Shown here one piece after another: positions 28,987 to 38,995 of a stretch of DNA of 64,000 nt (within the stretch, counting starts at the first letter, position 1; every line of letters starts with the position of its first letter). The DNA comes from an uncultured Thermoprotei archaeon. GTDB lineage: Archaea; Thermoproteota; Thermoprotei; QMSL01; B3-G16. Location of the stretch: assembly GCA_964517845.1 (NCBI GenBank), contig CAZFCQ010000003.1, forward strand, positions 35,978-99,977. The letters are read 5' to 3'. Under the pieces are notes generated by a model, which searched no databases, was not told the DNA's origin, and saw only the letters and a list, made by a program, of their open reading frames with translations. The position numbers and the translations under genes were made by a program.

Positions 28987-30006
28987 TCACCCACTTATCA
29001 TCATTAGGAATGCGAGGAATATCCCTACTAGGGCTGAAATAAGCTCCATTATAGTTAACGAAACTACTATATCCACTTCTTTAGCTCCTTCGCTCCCAGC
29101 GATCATCCTTACTAATGTTATAGGAGCCTTTGGATCCTTTGAATCAATAATAGTACCATCTCTAAGAACTCTTGTAGGACGTGGTATTTTTCTATGTTCT
29201 TTGAACCCTTTTACAAATGCTACTACATAGAAGGCATTCATTATATGAGGAGAAAGAGCCGCCATTGCAATTATTTCTAGTCGGGATATTACTGCAATAG
29301 CTCCAATAGCAGCTCCTACGCTAAGACTACCTACATCACCACTAAAAACTTTCGCTGGATATTTATTATATGGTAAATAGGCAACTAATGTTGCTAATAG
29401 TATAGCACTTAATAATATGCCTTCCAAACGCTGTAACATTATAGCACTCACAAGTAGGCATAATGTAGCTATGCTACAAGTTATCGGCATCACTCCGTTA
29501 AGAACCTCAAGCATATTGACTGCATTAGCTGGCCCAGCAATCGCTAGTGGTAGTAGTAACCAATAAATTATCGTTAACCGCAATCTCCCTAAAATAGGAA
29601 TCTCAGGTCTTCCTAATATAATGATCTTCGGAAATCTTAATGAGAAGTATATAATAGGTATTATAGAGATAACTGTGGCAAGCATCTTTACCCTTCCACT
29701 TAATACTTTTAGATCATCAATAAAGCCTATTATAGCGTTTATAATAACTGGGAGTAGAAATGTCAAAACCTTAATCTTTAGTACATTACTTCCTCCCATA
29801 TACACGATAAGGCATCCTATCGTCAAACCTAGAATAATACTTAAACCACAGGATGTGGGGACCTCATTCTTCTCTGGTTTATGTACATCAATTCCTATAT
29901 GTCCTCTTGCCTTCATATATCTTGCTATAATTGGCGTACTAAAGTAAGTTATTAAAGCCGAAACTATGCTCGAGGTTAATATCAGTGGAATCATTATCTT
30001 TCGCAC
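28987..30006 (-). CDS. aglH: UDP-GlcNAc:dolichyl-phosphate GlcNAc-1-phosphotransferase (GT4 / MraY-WecA family)
   Basis: This is a polytopic membrane protein with the MraY/GPT signature (...DDLKVLSGRVKM..., NAVNMLEVLNG). Confidence 0.8.
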   Translation of the reverse strand: MRKIMIPLILTSSIVSALITYFSTPIIARYMKARGHIGIDVHKPEKNEVPTSCGLSIILGLTIGCLIVYMGGSNVLKIKVLTFLLPVIINAIIGFIDDLKVLSGRVKMLATVISIIPIIYFSLRFPKIIILGRPEIPILGRLRLTIIYWLLLPLAIAGPANAVNMLEVLNGVMPITCSIATLCLLVSAIMLQRLEGILLSAILLATLVAYLPYNKYPAKVFSGDVGSLSVGAAIGAIAVISRLEIIAMAALSPHIMNAFYVVAFVKGFKEHRKIPRPTRVLRDGTIIDSKDPKAPITLVRMIAGSEGAKEVDIVVSLTIMELISALVGIFLAFLMMISG

Positions 30007-30041
30007 CTCTTATATTATATGAGGCTAAAAGAAGATAGACA

Positions 30042-31022
30042 GTGATACTTATGAAGTCTTCGGAGAATATACGAAAAGAGTTATTAAAGGAAAGCGTAAA
30101 GGACTATAAAGTAGACAAGGATACAACAATTGCTCAACTAATTGAGTTCTTTAAAGAAAGTGGAGGTTTCACCTGTGTCGACATAGCTAAAGCTGTAGAT
30201 ATACTTACAGAGGCATATTCTAAGGAAAACTGTATAAACTTCTTATCCTTTCCTGCATGTATAATTGCTACAGGTTTAAGAGGTTTGCTAGCTGACCTCA
30301 TTAAAAGAGACTTAATACACGTAATCATAACTACAGGAGGAACTATAGATCATGACTTAGCTAGAAGTTTTGGAGGAAAATACTATAGTGGAAGCTTCGA
30401 TTTAGACGATGTCATGCTTAAAGACCTTAATATACACAGATTAGGCAATGTTTTAGTACCTTTAGAAAATTACGGACCCCTAATAGAGAAAGTAACTTGG
30501 CAATTAGTAGGTGAAATCTCCTCCTTAACTAGTAAAAGTGTCTTTGGGGTAAGAGAACTACTTTATGAGATAGGTAAGCGGATAAGTGATGAAAATTCAA
30601 TATTAGCTCAGGCAGCTAAGCATGGTGTGCGTGTATATGCACCCGGAATACTGGACTCAGCTTTTGGGACAAGCCTCTTCACATACTCTCAATTACATAA
30701 TTTCAAGCTTGATTTATTTAAGGATATGAAAGAGTTAGCGGATATAGTGTGGGAGGCAAAATGCTGTAGCGCTCTCATGATTGGTGGTGGTATATCAAAA
30801 CATCATACAATTTGGTGGAACCAATTCCGAGGGGGCCTTGACTATGCTGTTTATATAACTACGGCAATAGAGTATGACGGCAGTCTCTCAGGCGCTCGTT
30901 TAAGAGAAGCAATAAGTTGGGGTAAACTAAAAAGAAATGCAAAACATGTTACAATACATGGAGAAGCCACAGTTATATTACCTCTCATCCTTGCAGGTGT
31001 TTACGCAAGATTATCTCTATGA
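30042..31022 (+). CDS. dys: Deoxyhypusine synthase
   Basis: Family-typical motifs are present (...ITTGGTIDHDL..., ...GGGISKHH...). The size is 326 aa. Confidence 0.85.
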   Translation: MILMKSSENIRKELLKESVKDYKVDKDTTIAQLIEFFKESGGFTCVDIAKAVDILTEAYSKENCINFLSFPACIIATGLRGLLADLIKRDLIHVIITTGGTIDHDLARSFGGKYYSGSFDLDDVMLKDLNIHRLGNVLVPLENYGPLIEKVTWQLVGEISSLTSKSVFGVRELLYEIGKRISDENSILAQAAKHGVRVYAPGILDSAFGTSLFTYSQLHNFKLDLFKDMKELADIVWEAKCCSALMIGGGISKHHTIWWNQFRGGLDYAVYITTAIEYDGSLSGARLREAISWGKLKRNAKHVTIHGEATVILPLILAGVYARLSL

Positions 31023-31110
31023 CCTATACTGGCAAAGAAAATCTTCATAATGTTGTGACTTATGCTTTAGCAAAAAACAAAAATTTAAGACAAAACTGGA
31101 AATGTTTAAC

Positions 31111-31584
31111 TCATTTTTGAACTTTGTATAAGTATATCTTATGATTTCGCCAATCCTCATTTAATTCTATTACTTTAATTGGAGTCCATCCAGGTATTTC
31201 AAAGTCATGTGAAACAACCCTGGTGCCTGGTCTTAGTTCTTTTTCTAGTTTTGGTCTTAATCTCTCATTAACACTAGTTAGGAGATACATAGTTACGACG
31301 TCCGCCTCACTGATACTAATTTCGAAGAAGTCTCCATGAATTATTTTTATCTGGTTCTCTAAGCCTAATGCTTTAACTCTCTTAATTGCTTCCTGAACTA
31401 GGTCTTTTCTAATCTCGATACCTACACATTTAGCTCCGAACTCCTTAGCGGCTATAATTAATATTCTACCATCACCCGATCCTAGATCATATACGATTTC
31501 GCCTGGTCTTACCTCAGCTAGCTTTAACATGAATCTTGCAACATTTTCAGGAGTAGATACGAATGGTACTAAGTAGCGATACAT
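31111..31584 (-). CDS. Class I SAM-dependent methyltransferase (small, stand-alone)
   Basis: SAM-binding motif I VYDLGSGDGRI is present, with a GDFFE-type motif IV. Confidence 0.7.
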   Translation of the reverse strand: MYRYLVPFVSTPENVARFMLKLAEVRPGEIVYDLGSGDGRILIIAAKEFGAKCVGIEIRKDLVQEAIKRVKALGLENQIKIIHGDFFEISISEADVVTMYLLTSVNERLRPKLEKELRPGTRVVSHDFEIPGWTPIKVIELNEDWRNHKIYLYKVQK

Positions 31585-31811
31585 ATTCTCTTTCCCTCTT
31601 CAAGTTCTTCACTACCTATGCTATAAGCTTTTTCCTTTCCAAAATCCTCTATAAGCTCCTTAAGATAGGAGATGTCGCTATTTGCGTCGCAATGTTTTCC
31701 ATTATTTCCATAGTTTAGGTAATCCTGTACAGCTTGTCTTCTGCTTACTGTGATTATTAACAGAAAAGGTTAAAACACTCGATGTTTATACTCTTTCGAG
31801 GCGTGTAGAAT

Positions 31812-32234
31812 ATGAGCTCTTCACGAGAACCTCTTATCCTTAAAAATTTAAGGGATTGGATAGAAGAACAGAAACGTATTTTAAAGACCCTTAAGATGAG
31901 TGAGCGGGAACTTGAGGATGCTGACAGGTTAATGCTAATACTAGCTGCAAGAGTTGCTTGTTATCACATTTCTAGAACCATAAGAGGATTTGAAAGCTGG
32001 CTTCAGAATCCATTAGTAATAGGCTTAATGCCTAAAGAGATAGTTAGAGAGATGCAAAAACGTTTATGGAATATAATGTATGAACTCGTGGAGTATGACA
32101 TAAAGCATACAGGAGAATACCATGACTTCCTTCAGAAGATTATGAAAGAAGGCAAACTCCCTCCACTACTTTTCCAAGCAAGAGAAGGAGTTCGTAGACG
32201 AGGAGGAGCACCTCAAGTACCATACACTCTATAG
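31812..32234 (+). CDS. Hypothetical protein (140 aa)
   Basis: The ORF is coding-like, immediately precedes the Trm5-like gene and may be co-transcribed with it. Confidence 0.35.
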   Translation: MSSSREPLILKNLRDWIEEQKRILKTLKMSERELEDADRLMLILAARVACYHISRTIRGFESWLQNPLVIGLMPKEIVREMQKRLWNIMYELVEYDIKHTGEYHDFLQKIMKEGKLPPLLFQAREGVRRRGGAPQVPYTL

Positions 32235-32236
32235 CC

Positions 32237-33124
32237 TTGAAGAAAGAGCGAGAAAGATTAATGGAAAGAATCGCGAGGGAGATACTCTCTCCCGATGAAC
32301 GTGACTATTTATTAAAGCGTATTGATATAATTGGCGACATAGCTATAATAAAGATTCATCCATTTCTTGAACATAAACGTTTCGAGATAGCTAACTATCT
32401 ACTAAAAATTATGTCTAATATAAAAGTCGTTTATAGGCAAGTAACTCCCACTAGAGGCGCCTATAGGATTAAAGGCTTAGAATGGTTAGGTGGAGAGAAA
32501 AGAAGCTGGACTATAGTTAAGGAATATGGTTGCCCATTATTCGTTGATATTAAGAAAGTCTTTTACACTCCCAGGTTATCGTTTGAACACATGCGTATAG
32601 CAAAAATGGTCGCTCCCAATGAAGTAATACTAAACATGTTTGCAGGTATAGGTTCCTTCTCAATAATGATAGCCAAGTATGCACGACCTAAGCGTATTTA
32701 TTCAATTGACATAAATCCCTATGCTTATAAGTTAATGATAAAGAATATACGACTAAACAGAGTAGAGAATGTAGTTGTTCCTATCCTGGGTGATGCTGCT
32801 GAAATTATCCTACATCATAGACTGATAAATTTATGTGATAGAATACTAATGCCTTTGCCTTTCCTAGCTTTGAAATATTTACCTTTCGCGTTGCTTTCTC
32901 TTAAACCAGAAGGAGGTTATATACATCTATATCTAAACGTATTCGTACCTAGAGGAGTGAAAGCATGCCACCGTGCTATAAAGTTATGTGATTTAGCCTT
33001 TAAATCATTAAACTTAGATTATGAAATAACCTCTTGTAGAAAAGTGAGAAGCGTAGGCCCCCGCTTGTTACAAGTTGTACTTGATGTGCATATTAGAAAA
33101 GGTTTCTATTTTGATTTAGATTAG
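32237..33124 (+). CDS. tRNA methyltransferase, Trm5/TYW2 (Met-10+) family
   Basis: A class I MTase core is present (MFAGIGSFSI, DINP) with the Met-10+ topology. Confidence 0.65.
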   Translation: MKKERERLMERIAREILSPDERDYLLKRIDIIGDIAIIKIHPFLEHKRFEIANYLLKIMSNIKVVYRQVTPTRGAYRIKGLEWLGGEKRSWTIVKEYGCPLFVDIKKVFYTPRLSFEHMRIAKMVAPNEVILNMFAGIGSFSIMIAKYARPKRIYSIDINPYAYKLMIKNIRLNRVENVVVPILGDAAEIILHHRLINLCDRILMPLPFLALKYLPFALLSLKPEGGYIHLYLNVFVPRGVKACHRAIKLCDLAFKSLNLDYEITSCRKVRSVGPRLLQVVLDVHIRKGFYFDLD

Positions 33125-34245
33125 TACCTCCTCATATATTCCCGTACTCGTACTCCTGTTCCGATCAATCTTTTGATTATATCTTCCACAAATTTTATGT
33201 GCTTAGCTCTCTGACCCATAAATGGCCCCATGCCTTTTCTTCTAATGACTATTTGAAGCTCTGTACCTGCTAAATCTACATCAATGATTTGATTAACAGC
33301 CCAAGGTACAGGATGTATCGCGGTAAGTAATTCTATAAAATCTAAACTAAGCTCTATTACACGTGCCCTTAACGCTAGATCTTTCTCTATCGCTTGTATT
33401 CTTTCCCCTCCCTTGCCTACCACTCTTCCTAGATGTCCTGTCTTAGCTATTATAAGAACGTCAGGTACGTGTTCACTTCTTATATCGTATTTTTGCTTTG
33501 CACTTCTTAAATCGATTATAGTAAGTACATCAGCGTCAGGGGCTTTTTCCTTAATTATATCAAAGACTCTTTGCTCGTTATCGTTCATTTCTCTTTTTCG
33601 CATCTTTACCTCAAGAAGTAACCTTATTCCACGTAATGCACCTGGCCTAGCTATATCTTTCAATCCAAGATCTACTACTTCAGCTCTCTCTTCTCCTAAT
33701 AGCGACTCTCGTATTAAAGTAGCTCCATCTTTTTCTAATGGAATATCTTTCTGAAATATAGGATCCCCTGCTACTACAAATTTAGAACCCCGTCCTATTC
33801 TCATTAATACTTCACAAGCACTCTCGGGTTTTAAATTCTGAGCATCATCTAAGAATATTATGTCCTCATCAAAAGTCCTTCCTCGTAGAAAGTGAGAATC
33901 TGCTATAACTAATCTCCCTTCTTTTATAAGCTTCTTTACATCCTCAAAGTCGATTATTCCCTTAAGTACGTCTCTTAGATACGATGAAGCTGTCTCATAA
34001 AACATCTCTCCTAGTTCGACTATTGTCAGTTCTTTTCCGCTTGTAACATCAATAATAGGTCTAACTAATACGAATCTATGATACCTTCCTTGTAATGTCG
34101 CATCTATGGCATAAGCACAGGTAAGAAGACTCTTTCCTGTTCCAGTAGGTCCAAATACTCCTACGATTTCGTTCCTATCATTACTTAAAGCTCTTAATAG
34201 CCTCTCCTGACCTTTAGATAAAGGCTTAACTTTCTCAAGTAGCAT
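33121..34245 (-). CDS. PhoH-like ATPase with a C-terminal KH domain
   Basis: The P-loop is GPTGTGKS and the Walker B motif is present. A C-terminal KH-like segment carries (GKGGERIQ). Confidence 0.75.
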   Translation of the reverse strand: MLLEKVKPLSKGQERLLRALSNDRNEIVGVFGPTGTGKSLLTCAYAIDATLQGRYHRFVLVRPIIDVTSGKELTIVELGEMFYETASSYLRDVLKGIIDFEDVKKLIKEGRLVIADSHFLRGRTFDEDIIFLDDAQNLKPESACEVLMRIGRGSKFVVAGDPIFQKDIPLEKDGATLIRESLLGEERAEVVDLGLKDIARPGALRGIRLLLEVKMRKREMNDNEQRVFDIIKEKAPDADVLTIIDLRSAKQKYDIRSEHVPDVLIIAKTGHLGRVVGKGGERIQAIEKDLALRARVIELSLDFIELLTAIHPVPWAVNQIIDVDLAGTELQIVIRRKGMGPFMGQRAKHIKFVEDIIKRLIGTGVRVREYMRRY

Positions 34246-34274
34246 ATTTTTCTCCTCCTCTTAATCACTCTCCA

Positions 34275-35465
34275 TTATTGAATTACTATTCTCCTTCTGT
34301 AAAGAGTAGAGAGCATCCTTAGCTTTGCTAAGGTATTGGAATTATATGAAATTTTCCTATCAACATAGGCAATTATCTCTTTATCTATTATCTCCAGTCT
34401 CAGGATATTCACATTAAGTTCCTCCCTTAAAGCAGTTTTAACATCTTCCTCGTTTATATCTGGTAATTTCTTACCACATTGATTATTACAGTATATAGGG
34501 CTCGTACACATTCTCCCTGTGAAACATATGTTAGCACATGGAAGAGTATATCCCTGCCTATTAATCACATATGTCATGGCACAACAGGCCGAAAGCACTC
34601 CTCTTAGTCCTCTTTCTTTAGCAATCATTAAAGTCCTAACCTTTATATCTCTAAGACTCAAGTTTATCTGCTTCCTATTAGATAGTCTTCTAGTGTTTAC
34701 CCTTTCTAGGATATCCTTCACATTAAAGCCTGCTTTTCTTAGTCTATACAGTATGTTCTTAGTTACTCTAAATCCCCCTACAACTACCCCTATTGCCCCA
34801 TACTCTTTTGCTTCTTGGAGTATGTCATCTATTTCATCCTCGTTTATACCCGGAATTAAAGGTCTTAAAAAGAGAAATGGATAAAACCCTGCTTTCCTCA
34901 AATTCCTTATACTCTCTAATCTAAGTTCAGGCCTAAGAGCATTTGGCTCTAATCTCTTCCACTTACGGAGAGTGACTATCGTTATTAATGGACTTACATT
35001 TGTTGAGATATTTCTTAGCATTTCCGCCTCTTCTTGAGATATATACTCTTTAGTAGAGAACTGCATAGGATTCCTTAGATACTTGGAAATGGCTAGCATG
35101 TACTCTAGTGTCTTACTTTTAATATCCTTATTAAAGGGATCTGTAATACTTCCAAAAGCTAAGTACGTGCCTCCTACTCCTGGTATGAAGTAAGGGTTAT
35201 TAATTAGTGCGTAAACAAACTCTTTACCTTTAAGCCTATAAGGAACCGCTTTTCTAAAGGTAAACCCCATATCTTGTATGTAACAATAAACACATGCGTT
35301 AGGGCATCCAATCCCTGTATGGACTGTGATTCCACAAGGTCTAGGCTTCCTCTTACTGTGCGGGTCATTAATGGCAAGTTCACGTGCTCTAGAGTCCAAC
35401 ACTTCATTTAGTTTACGTATAAGTTTCCTCCTTTCCGAGATAACGATCTGATAATTACATATCAC
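34275..35465 (-). CDS. Radical SAM protein (Cys-rich C-terminal region)
   Basis: The CxxxCxxC cluster is CPNACVYC. The C-terminal Cys cluster is CCAMTY...CANICFTGRMC...CNNQCG. Confidence 0.7.
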   Translation of the reverse strand: MICNYQIVISERRKLIRKLNEVLDSRARELAINDPHSKRKPRPCGITVHTGIGCPNACVYCYIQDMGFTFRKAVPYRLKGKEFVYALINNPYFIPGVGGTYLAFGSITDPFNKDIKSKTLEYMLAISKYLRNPMQFSTKEYISQEEAEMLRNISTNVSPLITIVTLRKWKRLEPNALRPELRLESIRNLRKAGFYPFLFLRPLIPGINEDEIDDILQEAKEYGAIGVVVGGFRVTKNILYRLRKAGFNVKDILERVNTRRLSNRKQINLSLRDIKVRTLMIAKERGLRGVLSACCAMTYVINRQGYTLPCANICFTGRMCTSPIYCNNQCGKKLPDINEEDVKTALREELNVNILRLEIIDKEIIAYVDRKISYNSNTLAKLRMLSTLYRRRIVIQ

Positions 35466-35521
35466 AGAATCTCCCTAAAGCATTGTTAGTTATTTTTGTA
35501 CAATTTCCTTAAACTTATTAA

Positions 35522-36316
35522 TTGTTTATTAAGGTGTATGCCTCATTAAAGCTTGAAACTGAGGTTTCGCTTATGTTACTTGATTCATCTACCAAACGTG
35601 AAATAGCAATAAGAATTGCAGGAGACATAGTCCTCTCAGATAATGTAGGAGAAGCTATGAGATTATGGCGTGAACGTTTTGGCTTTACTCAAGCTCAAGT
35701 TGCTAGAAAGATGTCTGTCTCCTCCTCTGTAATTTCTGATTATGAAAGTGGACGTAGAAAATCTCCTGGTGTCAATTTAATACGCCGCTATGTTATGGCA
35801 CTAATCGAAATAGATGAAGAGCGTGGATCTAGAGTCACATCTATGTTATCAAGACTTTTAAGTGGTTCTGAAATGCTTAAGGAGGCGATACTTGATATGC
35901 GTGAATTCACAAAGCCTATTAGCATAGGTGATTTCTGTAGGTTAATAGGCGCTGTGTTATTAACTTGTAAGCACTCTTCTTCACAGCCAATATTAGGTTA
36001 TACGCTTGTAGATGGACTAAAGGTGCTTATTGATGTCCCTGCTTATGATTATCTAAGATTGTATGGTCATACCACTCAAAGAGCTGCTATTTTTACAAAT
36101 GTTTCAAGAGGCCGATCTCCAATAGTAGCTATAAAATCTATGCAAGCTGGCGCAGGCGGTATAAGACCTTCTCTTGTTGTGTTACATGGTATATCTGAAA
36201 AAGAAATCGATCCTATAGCCATTAAAGTTGCAGAAAAAGAGCGATTACCCCTAGCTACCGTTAGTGATATTGATATTGAAGAGTTAATAAGACGTTTGAG
36301 GTCTATACATGCTTAG
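35522..36316 (+). CDS. XRE-family HTH transcriptional regulator with a C-terminal domain of unknown function
   Basis: The HTH is FTQAQVARKMSVSSSVISDYESG. The true start is probably at MLLDSS (35573). Confidence 0.6.
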   Translation: MFIKVYASLKLETEVSLMLLDSSTKREIAIRIAGDIVLSDNVGEAMRLWRERFGFTQAQVARKMSVSSSVISDYESGRRKSPGVNLIRRYVMALIEIDEERGSRVTSMLSRLLSGSEMLKEAILDMREFTKPISIGDFCRLIGAVLLTCKHSSSQPILGYTLVDGLKVLIDVPAYDYLRLYGHTTQRAAIFTNVSRGRSPIVAIKSMQAGAGGIRPSLVVLHGISEKEIDPIAIKVAEKERLPLATVSDIDIEELIRRLRSIHA

Positions 36317-37386
36317 TACTCTCTCTGTATAACGTAGTCCGCGAGATCTACAAAATATTCTTTTGCCTCATCTCTAATGCTTAACTTACTTATAATCTTC
36401 TTCGCCTCTTCTGCAAGATTGTAGCTTACCTTTCTCACGTATTCAAGTATTCCTTTTTCCCTTAATATTTTACGTACTTTCTTAACTTCGCTAAGACTTA
36501 TATTCTCCTTTCCTAAAACTTGTAGAAAGACTCTCTTCTCCTCGTCATTAAGGGTGCGTATTGCTTTTATAACCAGAAGTGTAGCTTTTCCTTCTCTTAA
36601 ATCACTACCTATAGGCTTACCTAACACTTTTTCATCTCCATAAATCCCTAGGATATCGTCTTGAATTTGGAATGCTTCGGCTACCAGAACAGCATATTCC
36701 CTTAATTTAAGAAGAGTCTTCTCGTCGATACCTGCTAACACACTCCCAATACATATTGATTTCTCGAATAATGCTGCAGTCTTTAAACGTATCATTTTAA
36801 GATATTCTTCTTCACTTAACTTTTCATAATCTGTTATTGAAAACATCAAATCTAGTAACTCTCCATTAACCACCTCTCTATATGCTGAGACATAATACTC
36901 TAATGCTCTAGATACTCTTTCTCTATCAAACTTGGCGGTTAGTAAAGTTTCAAATCCTATGTTGAAAAGTTCATCTCCACCTAAAATTCCCATTGCAATT
37001 CCAAGTATCTTAGCCCTATGTGGGACTTCCTTCTCAAATAATTGTCCATAAAGTGTATGGAAAGTAGGCCCTCCCCTTCTTAGCTCATCTTGATCTATTA
37101 TATCATCGTGAATTAATGTTGAGTTATGAAGTAATTCAACACATGTAGATGTTCGTATTAGTTCATTAAGTTCTGTAGTGGGCTCTTTAACTGCAGAGTA
37201 TGCCATTATAAGTGTAATAGGCCTTAATCTTTTACCTCCTCTAAGTACAAATTCTTTCAAATTCTCGTAGAATTTCACGTTATCTTTATTCAACTTTCCT
37301 GCTTCACTTATTTTCTCGTCAAATATCTTCTTAAGAGCTTGTTCAATAGGTTGTTTATAAGTTTCTACAGCTTCTTTAAGCCTCAA
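36313..37386 (-). CDS. idsA: Geranylgeranyl diphosphate synthase (trans-polyprenyl diphosphate synthase)
   Basis: The first Asp-rich motif is LIHDDIIDQD and the second is DDILG. Confidence 0.85.
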   Translation of the reverse strand: MRLKEAVETYKQPIEQALKKIFDEKISEAGKLNKDNVKFYENLKEFVLRGGKRLRPITLIMAYSAVKEPTTELNELIRTSTCVELLHNSTLIHDDIIDQDELRRGGPTFHTLYGQLFEKEVPHRAKILGIAMGILGGDELFNIGFETLLTAKFDRERVSRALEYYVSAYREVVNGELLDLMFSITDYEKLSEEEYLKMIRLKTAALFEKSICIGSVLAGIDEKTLLKLREYAVLVAEAFQIQDDILGIYGDEKVLGKPIGSDLREGKATLLVIKAIRTLNDEEKRVFLQVLGKENISLSEVKKVRKILREKGILEYVRKVSYNLAEEAKKIISKLSIRDEAKEYFVDLADYVIQREY

Positions 37387-37401
37387 AGCGCATTTCCCTC
37401 T

Positions 37402-37857
37402 TTACTCTATTTTAATTCTATATCCTTTTACTTTCTTAGGGAGCCTTATTTCTAATATCCCTCCCCTGAAACTTGCCCTTGCTTTCATAGGATCAACTTT
37501 ACTCGGTAATCTTAAGACTTTTCTGAAGCATGTAAATCGTAATTCTTCTCCTAAATACCTTGGTCCTTCTACTTTAAATCCCTCTTTAAGCTGTGCCTCT
37601 ATTTCTACTGTATCTTCAGTGGCATTGATCTTTATATTGTTTTTATCAACCATTGGTAGATCAAAGGTAACTATTACTTCATTCTCGCTCTCTTCTATTG
37701 TACATAAGGGCTCTAAGCTTTTACTTTTATAATCCCACATTGGTCTATTAAGTTCTAAATCTCTCTCAATATCCTCTAGAAGCCTTCTAATCTCTCTCCT
37801 TATTTCTTCTACTATCTCACTAATTCTTCTGAAAGCCATATCCATCCCCTTATACAT
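37402..37857 (-). CDS. Small heat-shock protein Hsp20
   Basis: An alpha-crystallin domain is present (...FDLPMVDKNNIKINATE...GGILEIRLPK). Confidence 0.8.
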   Translation of the reverse strand: MYKGMDMAFRRISEIVEEIRREIRRLLEDIERDLELNRPMWDYKSKSLEPLCTIEESENEVIVTFDLPMVDKNNIKINATEDTVEIEAQLKEGFKVEGPRYLGEELRFTCFRKVLRLPSKVDPMKARASFRGGILEIRLPKKVKGYRIKIE

Positions 37858-38593
37858 ACATCATGGGTGGTACTTCAAATTCATGACTTTTCTGCATTCT
37901 ATTTAATGCGGTATTCGTTCTTCTCATAAGCTCTCTCAGCTTTATTCTTATCTGTTCTTCTTCCTTTAGGAGCTGGGTTACATCGATATTTAATCCTAGC
38001 ATTTTGTTTAAGACTTTTAATATGGAGGCTGCCGCTCCTGGATCAGGATACCCTCTATGAGATTGTGCTAATAATAAAACACTTGGTATTCTACGCTCCA
38101 AGCATTCCTTTAATATCATTGCATAGATGCCTACAATATATCCCTCTTCAAGTGGAAGTATGTTAGCTTCACTAAGTATTCTTTTTCCCTCTTCATGTAT
38201 AGCTATACCAAAGACTTTTGGTTCTTTTATTTCAACCCTATTTGGAGTAGCAAGCCCTCCTACAGAGACTACTGCCTTTACATTCTTCTCTACAGCATAG
38301 TCTACTATTGATTTAGCTAATGATCTAATAAGCTCTACTGAAGGAATAGCGATCTCTGAAGTTATTACATAAAATGTATCACGTCCGTAGACTCTTATTG
38401 GCATTTTAGGCTCTCCTCTATGAAGAACTATCACAGGAGGTAACATTTCTGAGTCAAAATATGCTACCTCTTCCATTTTCATTTGACTTATAATATGATA
38501 TGCGGCTATAGTCCCGACAAGTCCAACATCTGGTAAACCGTTTATAAGGTATGGACTCTCTACCAGAAGGCTCTTCTTCTCAACAATACGCAT
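37850..38593 (-). CDS. PAC2-family proteasome assembly chaperone (ATP-grasp-like fold)
   Basis: The N-terminal ...LINGLPDVGLVGTIAAYHI... is characteristic of archaeal PAC2-like proteins. Confidence 0.6.
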   Translation of the reverse strand: MRIVEKKSLLVESPYLINGLPDVGLVGTIAAYHIISQMKMEEVAYFDSEMLPPVIVLHRGEPKMPIRVYGRDTFYVITSEIAIPSVELIRSLAKSIVDYAVEKNVKAVVSVGGLATPNRVEIKEPKVFGIAIHEEGKRILSEANILPLEEGYIVGIYAMILKECLERRIPSVLLLAQSHRGYPDPGAAASILKVLNKMLGLNIDVTQLLKEEEQIRIKLRELMRRTNTALNRMQKSHEFEVPPMMYV

Positions 38594-38694
38594 TTCATGA
38601 CTCCCCTAGCTCTCTATATCTGCATTACTCTTTTTCTAGTTGTCGCTTTCTTGAGAAGAGAAAAACTTATAGAGTTAAAATCAATGAAGTAAGA

Positions 38695-38982
38695 ATGGAT
38701 AGAGAGATGTCGCGTGGAGAAGGTGAGAGATCTCTCTTAACTAAAATAGTTCTTGATGTACTTAAACCACATAAACCTTCAATAATCGAAATGGCTAATA
38801 CCTTGATCAATGTTGATGGAGTAAAGAAAGTTAATATCATTATAAGAGAAATGGATGCTGAAACAGAGACAGTAAAAGTAGTTATAGAAGGAAAGAGCAT
38901 CAACTATAATAGAGTAGAGGAGTCAATAGAGCATTTAGGAGCCTCCATACATAGCGTAGATGAAGTAGAAATGGAGAAATAG
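38695..38982 (+). CDS. DUF211-family small protein
   Basis: The 95-aa product is MDREMSRGEGERSLLTKIVLDVLKPHKP...IEGKSINYNRVEESIEHLG. The start is set at the internal Met. The longer ORF from 38551 would overlap the PAC2 gene. Confidence 0.5.
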   Translation: MDREMSRGEGERSLLTKIVLDVLKPHKPSIIEMANTLINVDGVKKVNIIIREMDAETETVKVVIEGKSINYNRVEESIEHLGASIHSVDEVEMEK

Positions 38983-38995
38983 TATTCATTGCCTC

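Noticed and set aside
31585-31811. A protein-like open frame upstream of the small methyltransferase on the minus strand (…DISYLKELIEDFGKEKAYSIGSEELEEGKRICIAT*). It could have been another interrupted gene
   Set aside because: It has no start codon and is bounded by a TAA 5' of it. The methyltransferase already begins with the normal N-terminal (…YLVPFVSTPENV) motif of its family, so there is no evidence for a third insert-type interruption.
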